Counted from the first letter of the stretch, positions 29,800-45,466 are shown. The stretch is 64,000 nt of DNA from the human T2T-CHM13v2.0 reference genome, Homo sapiens (GCF_009914755.1 NC_060925.1); one strand, 5' to 3'. Notes: generated by a model not told the origin, from the sequence alone. Numbers and translations: made by a program.

Positions 29800-32621
29800 C
29801 TTTTCTTAGTGAAGGTTTAAATTTTGTTTGAATTTTACTAAAAGAAATGCCTTGTCAAGGATGACTTCCAGAACTAGGGTTGGCTGCTTTGATTAGCATC
29901 TGCTCTGGAAAAAGCACCCACCTCAAGTTCAAAGTCATTCCCTGCTCTTTGGAGAAGATAAAGTAAGCACATGTCTTCTCTCACCAGCACAAGGAAAACT
30001 TCTCCAGGTAGAGGAAGGGTGAAGACCTCATCCTTCAATCTTTGCTTCTTGAACCACCTTCACAGATTTCACAGGGGCTAAAAAAGTCTATCTTCTCCCA
30101 GGTCAGCAAAGAAAAGCAGCATCCTTTCTCTTCTGTAGTCAACCTTCATTCAGGCTTAATGGAGTGAAAAAAATTATAACCCTCTTCTCAGAGAGGACTG
30201 TCTTTGTTAAAGAAAAGACCCTGATAAACATCTGGGGTTAGAAGGTGAGACCCTGAATCATGACTTAGCTGAAGACAAGCTCATTAGAAGATAATTAAAC
30301 TTTTCTGAATTAGAATTCAATGGAACTTGAACAGAAAAGATTTATTGGGAGGGTGATGGAGAAAGAAGAAAGATGGCAAGCCACGTGGTTGAGAGGCCAA
30401 AAAACTGCTAAGAACAAGGAGGTCTGCTTCAGATTCCAAAGTCATTTGCTCTGTTCTGATGTAACTATCTCCACAGCTTCCTAACCCCTTCAGGACAGTC
30501 TGCTTTACAGGCATTCACATTGAGTACGAGTGGCTTTTTTAGTGGAAGTCAAGTGTATAGGCCAAGTCCCAAATGTCGGTCACTTTGATGTAAAACAAAG
30601 ACAACATCTACAGACTGAAGAGCTGAGTCAGAAACTGAACTAATTCAGTGGAAGCAGGAACTCAAAAGCCAAGGCTGACAACAAGCAAGTCTTTTTAGAA
30701 TTTGTGGATATTGTAGGGGTGATTTTTCTTGTCCACAGGTCTTTGAATTGGTATTTGAGCCCATCTTTATGCATCTTATAGGACAAGGTAGGATTCTCTG
30801 GGTGCCATGTATGTGGCATATCCTAGACAAACTCAGCTAGTTTATCCTAGCATCTTTGGGACCTGCCTTGCCTCAGGAGTATCTGCTCCTAAGGCAGTGA
30901 GGCTCTCTACTGTGTAAGTGTGAAAATAACCATTATCTTGTTATAGAACCAAACTGGGGTCCATTGGCTCAGCACAGTAAGACCAGATACCCACACCAAG
31001 GTTCATAGCAGGAAAAAGGAAGGTATTTATTTGCAGGGTGCCAGGCAAGGAGGATCGAGCAGCTAATGCTTAAGTCCCAGCCTTCCCCATATGGCTTGTA
31101 GGTAAAGATTTTTAAAGGCAGGCATAAATTTCAGGAAAGCAGAAGTTACAGACAAAACCACAAATCAATACTGATTTAGCTAAGTCTCTGAACACCCGCA
31201 TATTGATTTTGGCCGAAAAGGGTGGGATATGTTGAAGCAGGGGGCTCACAGGTCATAGTTAGATTCAAAGATTTTCTGTAATTGGTTAAAGAAGAGAAGT
31301 TTTGTTTAAAAATTTGGGGTCAGTGCAAAAGAATGTTACTCTGGTTGGTTATGACTTCCTCCAGGCCTCTCAGAAAGAAATTTAGAACAAAGAACAGTGC
31401 TGAGTTCAGTCCCCAATTCCCCCTTATCTGAGGTCTACATGCAAGAAGATCCATGTGGTGGGGGGTCCCAGTTTCTGAGAAGCAACTCAGAGACATGGTA
31501 AGATGTTATCTTTAGTTTTTGTAGGGGAACGAAACATTCTGTGATTCTAGCTTCCCTGGCTATTGTTTTAAGCTACTGTTACCTTCTTGCTTTTCAAGTT
31601 GCTTATTTACTTCTCAGAACTAGCTAGGTGCCTAGAATTTCCCTTGAAGGAACTCAGGATCTTCCTTTCTTTCCATGTTTGGGGTTGGGGCTAGGGAAGA
31701 GGTCCTTAAGAGGAATTCTCTAATCCATCTCAATCTTCTCCCATAGCCTGTCTCTCTCCCAGTTCAGAGTTTTAGGACCAGAAGGAGGAATTCTTCTCCA
31801 ATTTCTCTTTCCTTCTTTCTGGGTCTCCAATCTTCCTCAGACTTTATGCCACCACTAGAGATGAAGGTAGCTCACCCCAGGTGGTGGTTCTCACTGCTGT
31901 CCGCAGTGGGTGTTCAGAGACTTAGCTTCCACCTTCAAGATATACAGAAAGAGTCCCACAGATGTTTAATGGCAGATCCCACTGAGGTAGCCCCAGGGCC
32001 TTTGCTGCCCATCTTTGGTGGGACCCACTCACCTCCACCTGTTCTGTTCATGCTTCCCAGACCCTCTCCCAGGGTTGGTGAGATCCTCCTGTTAACCACA
32101 GCATTCTCCCTTACCAGTTGGCCAAAAGAAGTGTGTGGGACGTCTATTGGGCGGTCACCACTCTCCCCTGCCAGGGACAGTATCTTCTGGCTTCTGCATA
32201 TCAGATCATATCTCCAATCAGATGCCTGATTCCTGACTAGGGCCTTTATTTCTTCCAGACATTCCAGTGGGTTGGCAGAAGTCACCATGTTGCCTGTAGG
32301 AACTTCGGTCTTAGGCCCAGCCTTTGTCTTTTCTGTGGCCACTCCTGACCTCCCTTTATCAGTTGCTTTCTTGGAGGAATATTTAATAGAGAAGAGCCAG
32401 GGACCCCCAGGCTCAGGGGCTCCATCTGCCTTGTCTCTCAGAGCCTCAGCTACCTCTCTTGGCTGCCAGTTTGGCCTCTTGTCAGTATCCTACAGAATTT
32501 CTGCCTCCAAGGTCTTCTGACCTCCCCTGCTCTGTTTTTCTGAGGTGTCCCCCAACCCCTGGCTTTCCTTATCAGGGCCTTTTGCTTTTTGGCTACACTA
32601 TTGGTTTGAGCCATTGCTGGA
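29800..32621 (-). pseudogene. Pseudo-exon 17 (large terminal exon, interrupted by an LTR)
   Basis: tcttcctgttcctgtaag|TCC, phase 0; about 230 codons with only two TAG stops (SSNGSNQ*CSQKAKGPDKESQGLGDTSEK...ATEKTKAGPKTEVPT...); a frame continues across the LTR; 3' limit uncertain. Confidence 0.7.
30939..31732 (-). mobile_element. ERV1 solo LTR (MER39-like) inserted in the pseudogene's last exon
   Basis: TG...CA termini; 4-bp TSD ATCT (30935-30938, 31733-31736). Confidence 0.8.
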
Positions 32622-32758
32622 CTTACAGGAACAGGAAGACAACAGGCGAGAAAGTCCTAGGTTTTAACTTCCCCCAGCAATGTATTCCTTCCATGCCCAG
32701 CCACTGGGCATTTGTAAAGTACCCAGAGCCTGGTCATGGCCGCGAACGCATCTTTCTG

Positions 32759-34499
<1,741 letters not shown>

Positions 34500-34939
34500 T
34501 TAAGAAACCCCTTTCCCGCTGCCTCTTTAGATTACATAATTCACTCTGGTTCTCCAGACGTTCTACTTTTAATAACACAAGCTAAAATTTATTGAGCACA
34601 TCATATGTGCTAGGCACTGTGCTAAGCACTTAGCTTTCATTGAATCATCTAATTCCTACCACGACCCTGTAAATCAGGAACTATTATTCCTTCACCTCAG
34701 AACTGAGGTGCTGAGAAGTTAGGTAACTTTCCTGCATAGCTAGAAAGTGATGGACTAATGATGAAGCCTGTGTTTTTTATCTCTATGCTCTACTGCATCT
34801 TACTGAGCCTTATTATGTCTGTCAGCCATTTCCTTTACCAAAGAGAACACCCTACTTCCTGCCCACCCAGTGAGTAGATAAGTATGTTTGACCAGCTGTC
34901 CTTAGCTTGGCACATGTAATGGGTATCAAGTAGTGTTTG

Positions 34940-35260
34940 GGGGATGGATGGAGAGGTAGATGAGTAGGGGGATAGGTAGGGGGGATGGGTGGGTAGATAA
35001 TGGGCAGACAGTTGGATGAATAAGTGAATGTATGGGTGGATGAATGGATGATGGGTTGATAGATGAGTGGATGAATAGATACATGAGTGAGTGGATCATA
35101 GATGAATAGATGAGTGGATGGATGGATGGATTAATGAATAATTGGATGATAAGTGGAGAGATGGGTGGATGAATAGATGTGTGGATGAATGGATGATGAG
35201 TGAATAGATGGAAGGATGAGTGGATGCATAGATTGATGGGCAAATGGACGGGTAGATGGA
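34940..35260 (+). repeat. Degenerate (GGAT/TGGA)n repeat
   Basis: gatggatggagaggtagatgagt...gatggatggattaatgaat. Confidence 0.9.
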
Positions 35261-35595
35261 CTGCCACATGATCAAGGGGCTTTTGTGAAGAAAAACATTT
35301 AGGAACACAAGAAGCCCAACTAATCTAGAGCTACATACTCTCTGGCTGATTTGTTGCCTCTTTTCTCCAGATCCTATAGTCTATTCTGTTTGTAGGAGGA
35401 GAGCTTCCTCTAGGTATCTAGCCCCCACAGAACAAATAGAGCAACGGTGTTCCCTCTAACAGTTGCTTCTGCCTATGTTTATTTTCATAGGTGCTTCACA
35501 TTAACTTTGGAATTCAAAATGGATTTGCTCAGGGTGGCTTAGTTTTCAGTAAGGCTGGCTGTTCCTTGATTCTGGTGGGATCCTGTAGCCCAAAC

Positions 35596-35699
35596 CTGAC
35601 TCAGAAGCATTGGCCTGCGGGATACATTGTTTATGTCTGGAGGTCTGAGGCACCCCTATTGTGCAGAAACAAGGAAATGCACATTTCCCAACACTTCGG
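35596..35699 (-). pseudogene. Pseudo-exon 16
   Basis: ctctgttttgtag|CC...CAG|gtttgg; 104 bp, phase 1 to 0: AEVLGNVHFLVSAQ*GCLRPPDINNVSRRPMLLSQ. Confidence 0.6.
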
Positions 35700-36383
35700 C
35701 TACAAAACAGAGGCTAGGACTGAATATAGTGTGCTCTTTTAACTCTGAAAAAGTTCATGAAAAAGTCGAGCTTGCAGGATGGGAACAAACTCCCTTATTA
35801 GGCCTTTCCCCTTCACTTCCAGATTCCTGTCTACCCTCATCCTAACTCCCACACAACTCCCAGCTCTCTCCTCTTGTTCCCCTGATTCCAGATGACAAAC
35901 TCACTCTTGCTAAGGTGTTAGTGATTTACTTCTTTTCTTTACCATTAAAGAAAAATTTCTTCAATAAAAGCCATATTAAACTCAAAGCCAGAGTCACTCG
36001 AATTCCCCAAGCAAGTCATATCCACTGGGTCCGTCATTCAGGCTATTAGTTTTATGTATTCTTTTTATTAACATTATATTTAAATCAAATTGATCAGAAA
36101 ATAACTCAAGCCCAAGTTCATTTCCCATTGACTTTAGTGTTTCTAGAGAGGTTCTTCCCGTCCTCCTCAGACTGAAGATTTGGGGCACAAACATGCTAAC
36201 CTTTCTCACCAATCCCGGGACCCTCAGCCCATGTCTCACTGCAAGGTATGCAATTCACCAGAAGTGGCCTGCCCTGCTCCTTACATAAGGCCTACTTGCC
36301 CCTTCGGAGTGACCAAGGTGCTCTGGCCATGAGGCTGGGGCTGCAGTACTCCTCTGGCAGTGTTCTATCATCATCCTCAAGTA

Positions 36384-36467
36384 CTAGGTTGGTGCAAATG
36401 TAATTACGGTGTTTGCCTTTTTTTTTTTTTTAAGACAAAAACTGCAATTACTTTTGCACCTACCTAA
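36384..36467. mobile_element. MADE1 (Hsmar1 MITE)
   Basis: TA-ctaggttggtgcaaatgtaatt...aattacttttgcacctacctaa-TA. Confidence 0.9.
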
Positions 36468-37141
36468 TAGTTGTAGTACAGGAAGGTGGTACAGGATGGT
36501 AGAAGAAGCCGGGCATGAAGGTACAGGAAGGTAGAGTTACCTCCGCTGGAGAGTTTTCAAGATGTTGACCAACGCGTGCATTTTGACATGGGCATAAAAG
36601 AAAGGAAAGAAAAAATTGCATTTGCCCTCCTTTGGTCTCCCTCTGAGCTTTTTGATAAGCTCTACATGCCCAGCTGTAATCCTTTTGCCTGATTGTGAGC
36701 TAAGATTACAGGTAAACTCTGTGAACTTTCTGCATGAAAAGTTATATATACAAAAAAGTTCCTTCCCTTGTGCTCTAAATCCTGTTTGCCATTCAAAGAA
36801 CAGTGGGAAATTGTTGTCGTATCCGATCAGCCTATTTAATGTGAAAGCAGATTAAGTCTTTATGCTCTGTGAACTCTGGACAAACCTGCCCATGACAGGT
36901 GTGTCCCAGGCCCTGGCAATTGTTCATGCTGGGGCCCCAAGCTCCTTTTATATCTTCAGATGGAGGGAAGGTGTGCTTTTGGCAGGGAGGAAGTAGTCAG
37001 TGTGAAATTGGAGAAAGGCATTCAGTCTTCCAAGTGGACACAGTGTCCCCGCGCACGGCTGGCAAGCAGGGTGCAGGCTGATTTCAGCCAGCTCGGCCCC
37101 TCAGGGATAGTGTGTAAGGTGCCCCTGGCCCCTGGGGTTAC

Positions 37142-37171
37142 CTGGCTTTGCTATGAGGATCTCTGGCTGCT
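37142..37171 (-). pseudogene. Pseudo-exon 15 (30-bp micro-exon)
   Basis: tttaactctctccag|AGCAGCCAGAGATCCTCATAGCAAAGCCAG|gtaacc; phase 1 to 1: (E)QPEILIAKP. Confidence 0.65.
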
Positions 37172-38147
37172 CTGGAGAGAGTTAAAAGTGTCTTAGCTTT
37201 TGGAATGCTTGCTATAGATTTGCCCATATTAAACCTAAAAAGAGCAAGCGTGTCAGCGCTGGAGCAATGAGAGTATGTAGAATTGGCAGGCTGGCCAGGG
37301 GGCTGCATCACCCCTGCGAGTTCAGAGGCATTTCTCATCAATGCCCACTCAGCAAAAAGACGCTGAATCTCAACCCTGGCACATTGAAAATTTCTTTGAA
37401 ATTCTCCAGCCCAAACAGCTCTTAGATATGCAAAGCATAATTGACAGAAACTTGAAGCTAGAAGCCTCCTTGAAAGGCCACCTATGCCAACCCCCAGGTT
37501 TTAGGCAAAACCACCCTTCAACTATTCTAGAAAATACTCCTTGAAGCTGATGGGAAGATTGCTGGCTTGAAATTTCCTTTTGAAAATATGATGGATGAAC
37601 TCCGAGGGCATCCCGAATCCTTGTCTTTTTATTTTATTAATTTTATTGTGTGATGAAAGAAAAATTCTCTGAAGTCAGACGTCAACAACCCACCCCCACC
37701 ACTATTCTCCTCCTCCTCCTCTTCGGTTGGTTCCCTGGGAGACCACCGTGAGACAAGATAAATGAGCAGCAAGGTTTTTGAAGCCAGTGCTCAGGAACAA
37801 CACCTCTAAGAAAATAAAGGAAGCAGGACTGAGCTGCAGTACAACTGTCATGCAATCGGGGCAACCTCAGTGTAGCGACCCGGGCAGAAAGTACTTCTCT
37901 TTCCCTGCATCAAGGGATCAGTCTCAGGAAAGGAGAGGGATTGGTGTAGATTGGGTCCCGTGCCCACTCCCTGGTCCAATCACTGTGGCCAGGGGATGAG
38001 TGATTATGATTGGCCAGCCCCAGGTCACATGGCCACAAATATCAGGGGAACAGAAAAGCTTGCTGGACAGACGAAAACAACAGGTACCACACACCTCTAA
38101 AACTACCTCTCAAAATTGTGAAAAGACTAGTGAAAGTATACATAACT

Positions 38148-38412
<265 letters not shown>

Positions 38413-38572
38413 GTATACATAACTGCCTAACAGAGGACGTAATAGGACACACCCAATAAATGGTCATTGTTGTTTCCTCCAGCAGCACCGTAAGAAGGAA
38501 TATAAACAATCTTTCTTCTGCAGTCTTGGAGCAAACAGGTGCTGATAAAATCAACATTAGTTCAAGCCTCAC

Positions 38573-38936
38573 CCCCAAAGTTGAACTGAGCCTGAACCTT
38601 TCTGAAGAATGAAGAATGTTTAGCAAACATTCCCCTCCAGTGTGCCTAAACTTCATGTATCTTTGTACTTCCTCGGCCAGATGGGCCTGGACCACCAGAA
38701 ACGTCATAAGGATGTTTATCTCCTTGAAAACTTCGATGGTCCAAAAGTATTTCTGAAGAAAGACAGTCCCCAGTGTTTTTCTGACCTCTTCACAGAGCCA
38801 GAGCCAGGGCATTTGGATGAAGTGGGGAAAATTCCTGTGTCCGAACTGAATATCAGCATCCTGCAATGTCTTGTTGCCAAGAATGGGTCATGTATGTCCT
38901 TCTCCTCCTCAAAACTATAAACCTCTCCAGAACCTC
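38573..38936 (-). pseudogene. Pseudo-exon 14
   Basis: tgtccttaattcttcag|GAG...GGGG|gtgagg; 364 bp fits phase 0 to 1 (EVLERFIVLRRRRTY...[11 protein letters not shown], 3 stops). Confidence 0.68.
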
Positions 38937-40173
38937 CTGAAGAATTAAGGACAGAGAGTTCTGGGCCCTCAGTGACAAGCCCACCACCCCTACTGCCCTG
39001 CTCCAATGCTATGCTGTGGCCAATCAGATGTCCCAAAGTTCCCCAAACTCCAGGGTCACCTGCCCTCTACCTCCTTATCATGCTCACTGTTCCCTGTACG
39101 AGAACATGATGTTCCCATCTACCACTCCCCTAACTCAACCCTCAAAATCCCGCTCATTTTCAAGCCCACCCTAAAGCCTTTCCTACCCTTTCAACCAACT
39201 GTGGTCTTGACTACCTTTAATCTCCTTATGGAATATGTATTTTGCCTTATGCTATGTTAACTTGAATGATGATCTTCATAATTTATTTAAAGAACATTTA
39301 TCAGGAACCTACTATGTATCTGTACTAGGCACTGGTGAGGAGATGGATGAGATAAAACGAACCCAGCCAATCTGGGGCTCTTAGCAGCCCAGGTGCAATG
39401 TATTTCAACTGATGATTTTCCAGCATTTTAAAATTCATATGCTTGTCCTACCTAGCTCATGCATTAGATAATTCAGTCACTAACCTGTTCTGAGTTTTGG
39501 TGTCCCTCGATGACAAAATGAGAGCTTCAGGCTACATGGTCACCGAAGATCTCTTCCTACACAGCAGTGAATCTCTCATGTTCTATTGTTGCCTTGTCAG
39601 CACTTCATCACTTTGCTCCTGTTTTTATCATCCAGCAATACAAGGTGTCCCTCTGAGCTTCAGAAAACTGGGAGCAGAAGTTTGGAATTAATACATAATA
39701 GCATATCTATGTTTCCTGAACATAAACAGTGTGGTGGTCAAGTTGGTGAAAAGCCATAACCTCTTATCTGGACCACAATCTCTTCATCTGTAAAATGGGA
39801 CAGTGGGAGTAAAGGTCACTAAGGCCCCTTCCAACTCTGATACTCTGTGATTCATAATCATCCCCTCTTTTGCTCCCACAAGAGCACATCATGTTCTGCA
39901 AGGAGATGGCTGCCAAACCGCCTGGAAGAGGGAAGCAAACACTCATCCACCCCGAGCCTCACCCCAGGGAGACCAGCTGAGTTTGAAGAAAAGGCTGCAG
40001 TGGAGTCCAGAAGGCTTGGGTTTTAGCTGCTGGCCCCCATTCTCTGCATAAATTTGCTGTGGGAACCATTTGAACAACTTTAATCTCTGGAAAGAGCAAC
40101 AGCCAACATTACTTGATTAAGTAACTCACCCTCCTTAACTCATCTCCCAGCTCCCTTTTCCCAGGTTTGGTAC

Positions 40174-40274
40174 CTCCTGGGTCCTGACCACAGTCCCGTG
40201 GGTAGAATGAACCACTGTCTGCAGCACCATGTTGAAGACGGCAGCTTCAATCAAAGAACTTGTTGGCCAGCTAC
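40174..40274 (-). pseudogene. Pseudo-exon 13
   Basis: gacag|GT...GGAG|gtacca; 101 bp, phase 1 to 0, open: SWPTSSLIEAAVFNMVLQTVVHSTHGTVVRTQE; weak acceptor. Confidence 0.5.
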
Positions 40275-40380
40275 CTGTCACTCAAATAACTTGATGGATG
40301 ATGAAAAATTTAGTCAACTAACACTGTTCCAAGCAGAGAAGAAGCTTTTTAAGTGGATCTCCTTTTAGCCTACTATATTC

Positions 40381-40732
40381 TGTCTTTGTCCATTCTTGCA
40401 GCTGTAACAAAATACCTTAGACTGGGTGATTTATAAATAATAGAAATTTATTTCCCACAGTCTGAAGGCTGGGAAGCTCAAGACCATGGTGCCAGCAGAT
40501 TTGGTATTTGTTGAGATATTGTTCTCTGCTTCCAGGGTGGCTCCTGGTTGCTGTGTCTTCACATGGCAGAGGGACAAAAGGGGTGTTCTCTCTCCCTCAA
40601 GCTCTTTTATAAGGGTTCTAATCCCATCTGTGAGCGCTCTGCCAAAGGTGCAACTTTTTAATACTATCTTAATTTTGGGGGGCTAAGTTCTAACACATAA
40701 ATTTTGGAGGGACATATACATTCAAACCATAG
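40381..40732 (-). mobile_element. MaLR LTR (MLT1A-like)
   Basis: tgtaacaaaataccttagactgggtgatttataaataatagaaatttatt...cattcaaaccatagta. Confidence 0.8.
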
Positions 40733-41258
40733 TATTTTTCATCTCCCTGTAAAATGTGCTGGCCAATGACTCTCAACATGAAGCCCACACCCTGTGTTTT
40801 AACTCCCACCAGCTGAGCTATACAAGCTATATGCTTACCAGGGGGCAGCTGCACTTGTCCCCAAGCCTGTTTATGGCAACAGTCCTTTAATTGTAACCAT
40901 GTAATTTACTTGAGTATCAAATAAACCAATGAAATACAAGTGCAAAAAGAGATCTGTTGGTTATATAAAAAGAAAACTAAATTAAGGGCAAACAAAGGTA
41001 AATTTCTAAAAATATTTGCAGTCAGTTTTGATGTTTGAAGTAAGTGACGGTGTTTGATGAAAAATAATAAAAAACGCAGAAAGATTCTACACTCAGTCCT
41101 ATAGTGTCTATATCTTCTTATTTCCCTTTGAAGAAGCCAAAACAAAAAAATTATAAATAAGACAGTGTATCTGTAGTTTATCAAACAAAAACAAAACGCA
41201 AATGCCAATCAGAAGGACCCACACTGAAAGAAAAAAAGTCTTAACATCAAAACATTGA

Positions 41259-41562
<304 letters not shown>

Positions 41563-42424
41563 ACGAACAATCTTTTAAGTTAAAATACAATATATAAGAT
41601 ATGTTTGAGTCAGTTTTGTTACTTTTTAAGTACAAACCTAAAAATATTTTAACTGAACATAAATGAATGACATTCTGTAGTCTGGGACCCAGGTATTTTA
41701 TAGTTTTTCAACTTACGTTAATATTTTAGGATTGTCTCCATAGTTATTATTATTATGACAAATTTCAAGCATATATGAAATAGAAAAGTAGAGTGAACCT
41801 CCATATCCCGTTGTTCAAACTGTACCATCTATACTTCATCTTTTTCCTTTGCTGATGTAGTTTACAACAAACTTCAGACATGTCATTTTATCTCTACTTC
41901 AGGGATATCAGTAGATATCTCTTAAAATATGGAGATTTTCTTATATAATTGCAACACCATCATACCCAACATAATTAGCGACAGTTCTTTAGTGTCATCT
42001 AATATTTCTGCCTTTTCTTAGATTGCCCCCAAAATGTCTTTTCACTGTCAGTTTGCTGAAATCATGATATAACTACAGTGTACACATTACATTAGTTTGT
42101 GTCTCTAATGCCTTTTTAAATTTAGAACAGTACCCCCTTTTTATGCCATTAATTTATTGAAAAATCCCTTTTGTAAATAGATATATGAAAATTTCAAAGA
42201 GTTCAGAGAATTTCAAAGAATAGCAATTGACAAGGTTTTATCGGTGAGAAATCTCAAAAAATGCCAAAACAGACCCCAGATTTCTCAGGGTGCTCAGGGA
42301 GCTAATGTTGTCATGGCCCAGGGAAGAGTTTCTACCTCTTTCAGACTGACAAAATGAGCAGAGAACTGGAGACTGGGTTGAAAGATGAAAGGTTTAAAGT
42401 TCTGAAAAACAAAGGTTCAAGCCG

Positions 42425-43149
42425 TCAAGAAAATGCAAATCAAAAACACAATGAGATACCACATCACACCCATTAGGATAACTATAATCAGAAAAAGATA
42501 ATAAACAAGTGTTATTGAGGCTGTGAAGAAATTGGAACCCCCATACGTTGCTACTGGGAACATATTTTGAAAAACAGGCTGACGGTTCCTCAGAAATTAA
42601 ACAGGGTGAACAATGACCCTGAAATTCCACTCCTAGATATACACTCAAGAGAAATGAAAACATATGTCCACACAAAAACTTGTACGTGACTGTTCATAAA
42701 AAATTATTCATAATAGCCAAAAAGTCAACACAATCCAAATGTCCATGATGAATGGATAAATTGACTGGTAGAACCACACACTGGAATATTATTCAGTCAT
42801 AAAAAGGAATGAAGAACTGCTATGTGCTACAACATGGGTAAAGCTTGAAGATATTAGGCTAAGTAAAAGAAGCCAGCCTTCTGAAGGACACATATTGTAT
42901 GATTCCATTTACGTGAAATACTCATAATTGATAACTGCAGAGACAGAAAGTAGATTAGTGATTGCCTAGGGCTTGGGAATTGGGAGGATTGGGGGAAGGA
43001 TGACTGAGGAAATTCTTTTTGGAGTGATGAAAATGTTTGGAATTAGTAGTGGTAGTTGCACAATTCTGTGAATATACTAAAAGCCATTGAATGTACACTT
43101 TAAATGGGTGTATTGTATGGTATGTGAATTATATCTCAATAAAGCTGTT

Positions 43150-43194
<45 letters not shown>
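42425..43194 (+). mobile_element. L1M 3' end followed by (AC)n
   Basis: aaatgcaaatcaaaaacacaatgagataccac...tctcaataaagctgttaaa; AC repeat at 43153-43194. Confidence 0.85.
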
Positions 43195-43196
<2 letters not shown>

Positions 43197-43526
43197 GGTT
43201 TAGGGGTCCTTTATTAGCCAGGCTTGAGTGTAGAGGGGCCCTGCCCAGCAGGGGTTCACCTCTGCAGAGGATAGAAGGGAGCCTGCTTGGTGGCTGTTGG
43301 AAAGAGTGACTCAACAATGCCAGTGGGGGTCACCAAAGGAGAGCACGTGGTCACCCTCGCGGGTCCCTACCGTCTTCTGGAGTGGGTTGTTCTGGGTTAG
43401 GAACCAGATGGCCTCTTGACCCTGATTTCAGTAACGCCATGAAAGGAAACCCAAGGGGAACATGAAGGAGAACTGATTTTCCTTTTCATTACTGGCTGCC
43501 TCACTTCTTCTCAGGCCTGCACTCAC

Positions 43527-44220
43527 CTTTATTTTCCTGCCTGCCTTCCTGGAGGGCAGTGAGACACAGGCCCAGATCCTTCACACAGGGGAGTGGGAAG
43601 AGAGGGAGGAAGAGGCTGCCCATCAACATTGCCACCATGGCAGCCTCCTGCCCCTGAGAAAGTGGAAATGCCCAGGTATGACACGAAAGCAGGTTTTCCC
43701 AGGCAGCCAGGGGAAGCTAAGATCCCACGTCCCCGTGGCTTCAGGTGGAATGTGCTGTGGTGGGTGGGCTGTCGGGCAACATCCAGGCCTGAGGTCACAG
43801 AATAGGAACGGTGGGACGGCGGTGCAGAAGTTTCCTTGCCTGATTTTGAAAGTCTTATTCAGGCTGTTCAAGCTGCTAGTCTCATCAGAAATGGGTATCT
43901 GCCTGGCCCACACATTTCCAATTTTCCCTCTGGCCACAGGATCCTGTGCCCATTTGGCAAAGGAATAGGTCTCAGAAGAAGCATGTGGTCTCATGGAGAT
44001 TACAGAGCTCAACTGGATCTGCAGAAAGGGCTCTGGGCCGGCTGGTAAAATGAAAAGATTCCATTTGTGGAAGGGCAGCGGTGGGTGGGCCAAATTCCCA
44101 CGAGGCTTTGAAGATGCTCCTGGGCATCAGCCGGCCTTCCAGCCTCCTCCCTCCTCACTCCCACTGCTTCCAACTGCTGGTGCCACTCAGAGGAAAAGTG
44201 GCCACAGGCCACAGCCCTTC
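43527..44220 (-). pseudogene. Pseudo-exon 12 (694 bp)
   Basis: ctaccag|GAAG...AAAG|gtgagt; repeat-free, overlapping long ORFs in alternating frames (44009-44446, 43623-44093, 43529-43798), consistent with frameshifts. Confidence 0.65.
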
Positions 44221-45011
44221 CTGGTAGCTCCAAGGGAATAGGTAAATAAACAGAAATAAGGCAAACATAAATAAGAGTGTAACTTACAAAGCGTGTGTTC
44301 CCAGGGAGAAGAATCCAGAGAAAACACAAAATGTTGTCTAGAAGCCGCAGCCTAGATGCTAAAGAAGTGCTTTCTTCAACCCTGTAGAAACTGATACTCC
44401 ACCCGCTTGTTCTTTCTGCTTCTAGTCCTGTGACCCCAGGAACCATCCTCTTTCCCTAGGACTATCAGCCAGCATCTCTCCTCTGTCGCCTCCAGCCTGC
44501 CCTCTTCCCGCTCCACCCAGCACACCTGCAGGCAGGAGTGAGAATCGTTGCTATGTGTAGTGGGCAAGTGTCTTGACCACTGTCCTTCCCATTTACATCA
44601 TGCCTGTCCTAGGGGTAATAACAATACCCACCTCACTGGGTGTGCTGAAGGTTAAATGAGAAAATGTATGCATCCAGCACAGAAAGCATAATATGTTTTC
44701 TTTTCTGTTCTCTCTCCTCCCCCTTTTTCATTCTTTCCACAATCTTTCCTTCCTTCCCCAAAAGTTACACTTTTCCAAGCTTAAAGCTCCATCTTGGCAT
44801 CAACTGTAACCTGAATGTGTGCCATTCACAGCTGATTTGCAGGGTGCTGTGCCACACAGTTCTGAACCCCAGTGAGGGATCAATCCACACCCAGTCCCCA
44901 GCTCTACCAGTCTCTGGAGCACTCTGCACTGCTCTCTCCAGCCCTACCTCATGCACACGAAAGGGGGCTTGGCCAAGTTTAGCATGTCATCACTGGCAGC
45001 CACACTCTGAC

Positions 45012-45179
45012 CTGCAGTAACTTCTGCACTGGTTGACATTCTCCGCTTTGAACATAGAAACAAGAGGCTCCCTGTAGCTGCTGCCTTTTGTGGGCTTCGC
45101 CATCGTCCTCCTGAGCAGGTTGGTTCCTGCGAGGGATGCAGCTGTAATGTGCTTCCTTTTTTACTTCTTTGGGCCCTAG
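45012..45179 (-). pseudogene. Pseudo-exon 11
   Basis: gttggtgcag|CTAG...GCAG|gtcaga; 168 bp; two frames fully open. Confidence 0.6.
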
Positions 45180-45466
45180 CTGCACCAACAGTATGCAGAT
45201 GTTCTGTGACTGTTACAAGGACCCATGTTAGGTGTCACTGAAGCAACCTAAGCAAGCATGAAGGGATGGGAGGTGTTTTTTGGTCCGTTCTACAACCCTG
45301 TAAATAAGACTCCAGCCCTTTACTTTGGGGCCCACACATCACAGTGAAATAGCCAGGCCCATCAGTTTGCTCCAGTGGAAAGCAGTGTCCCAGGGAGAGG
45401 GTGATCGTCCTCTTCAGATAACTAGAAACTGCCCAGGAAGCCTCAGCTGTGCAAGAGAACACTCAC

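Noticed and set aside
34926-35308. His/Pro/Ser/Ile-rich ORFs
   Set aside because: Translation of the (TGGA)n repeat.
35491-35742. Plus-strand acceptor and 83-aa ORF
   Set aside because: Overlaps minus-strand pseudo-exon 16, which fits the phase chain; could be an antisense lncRNA exon but is unsupported here.
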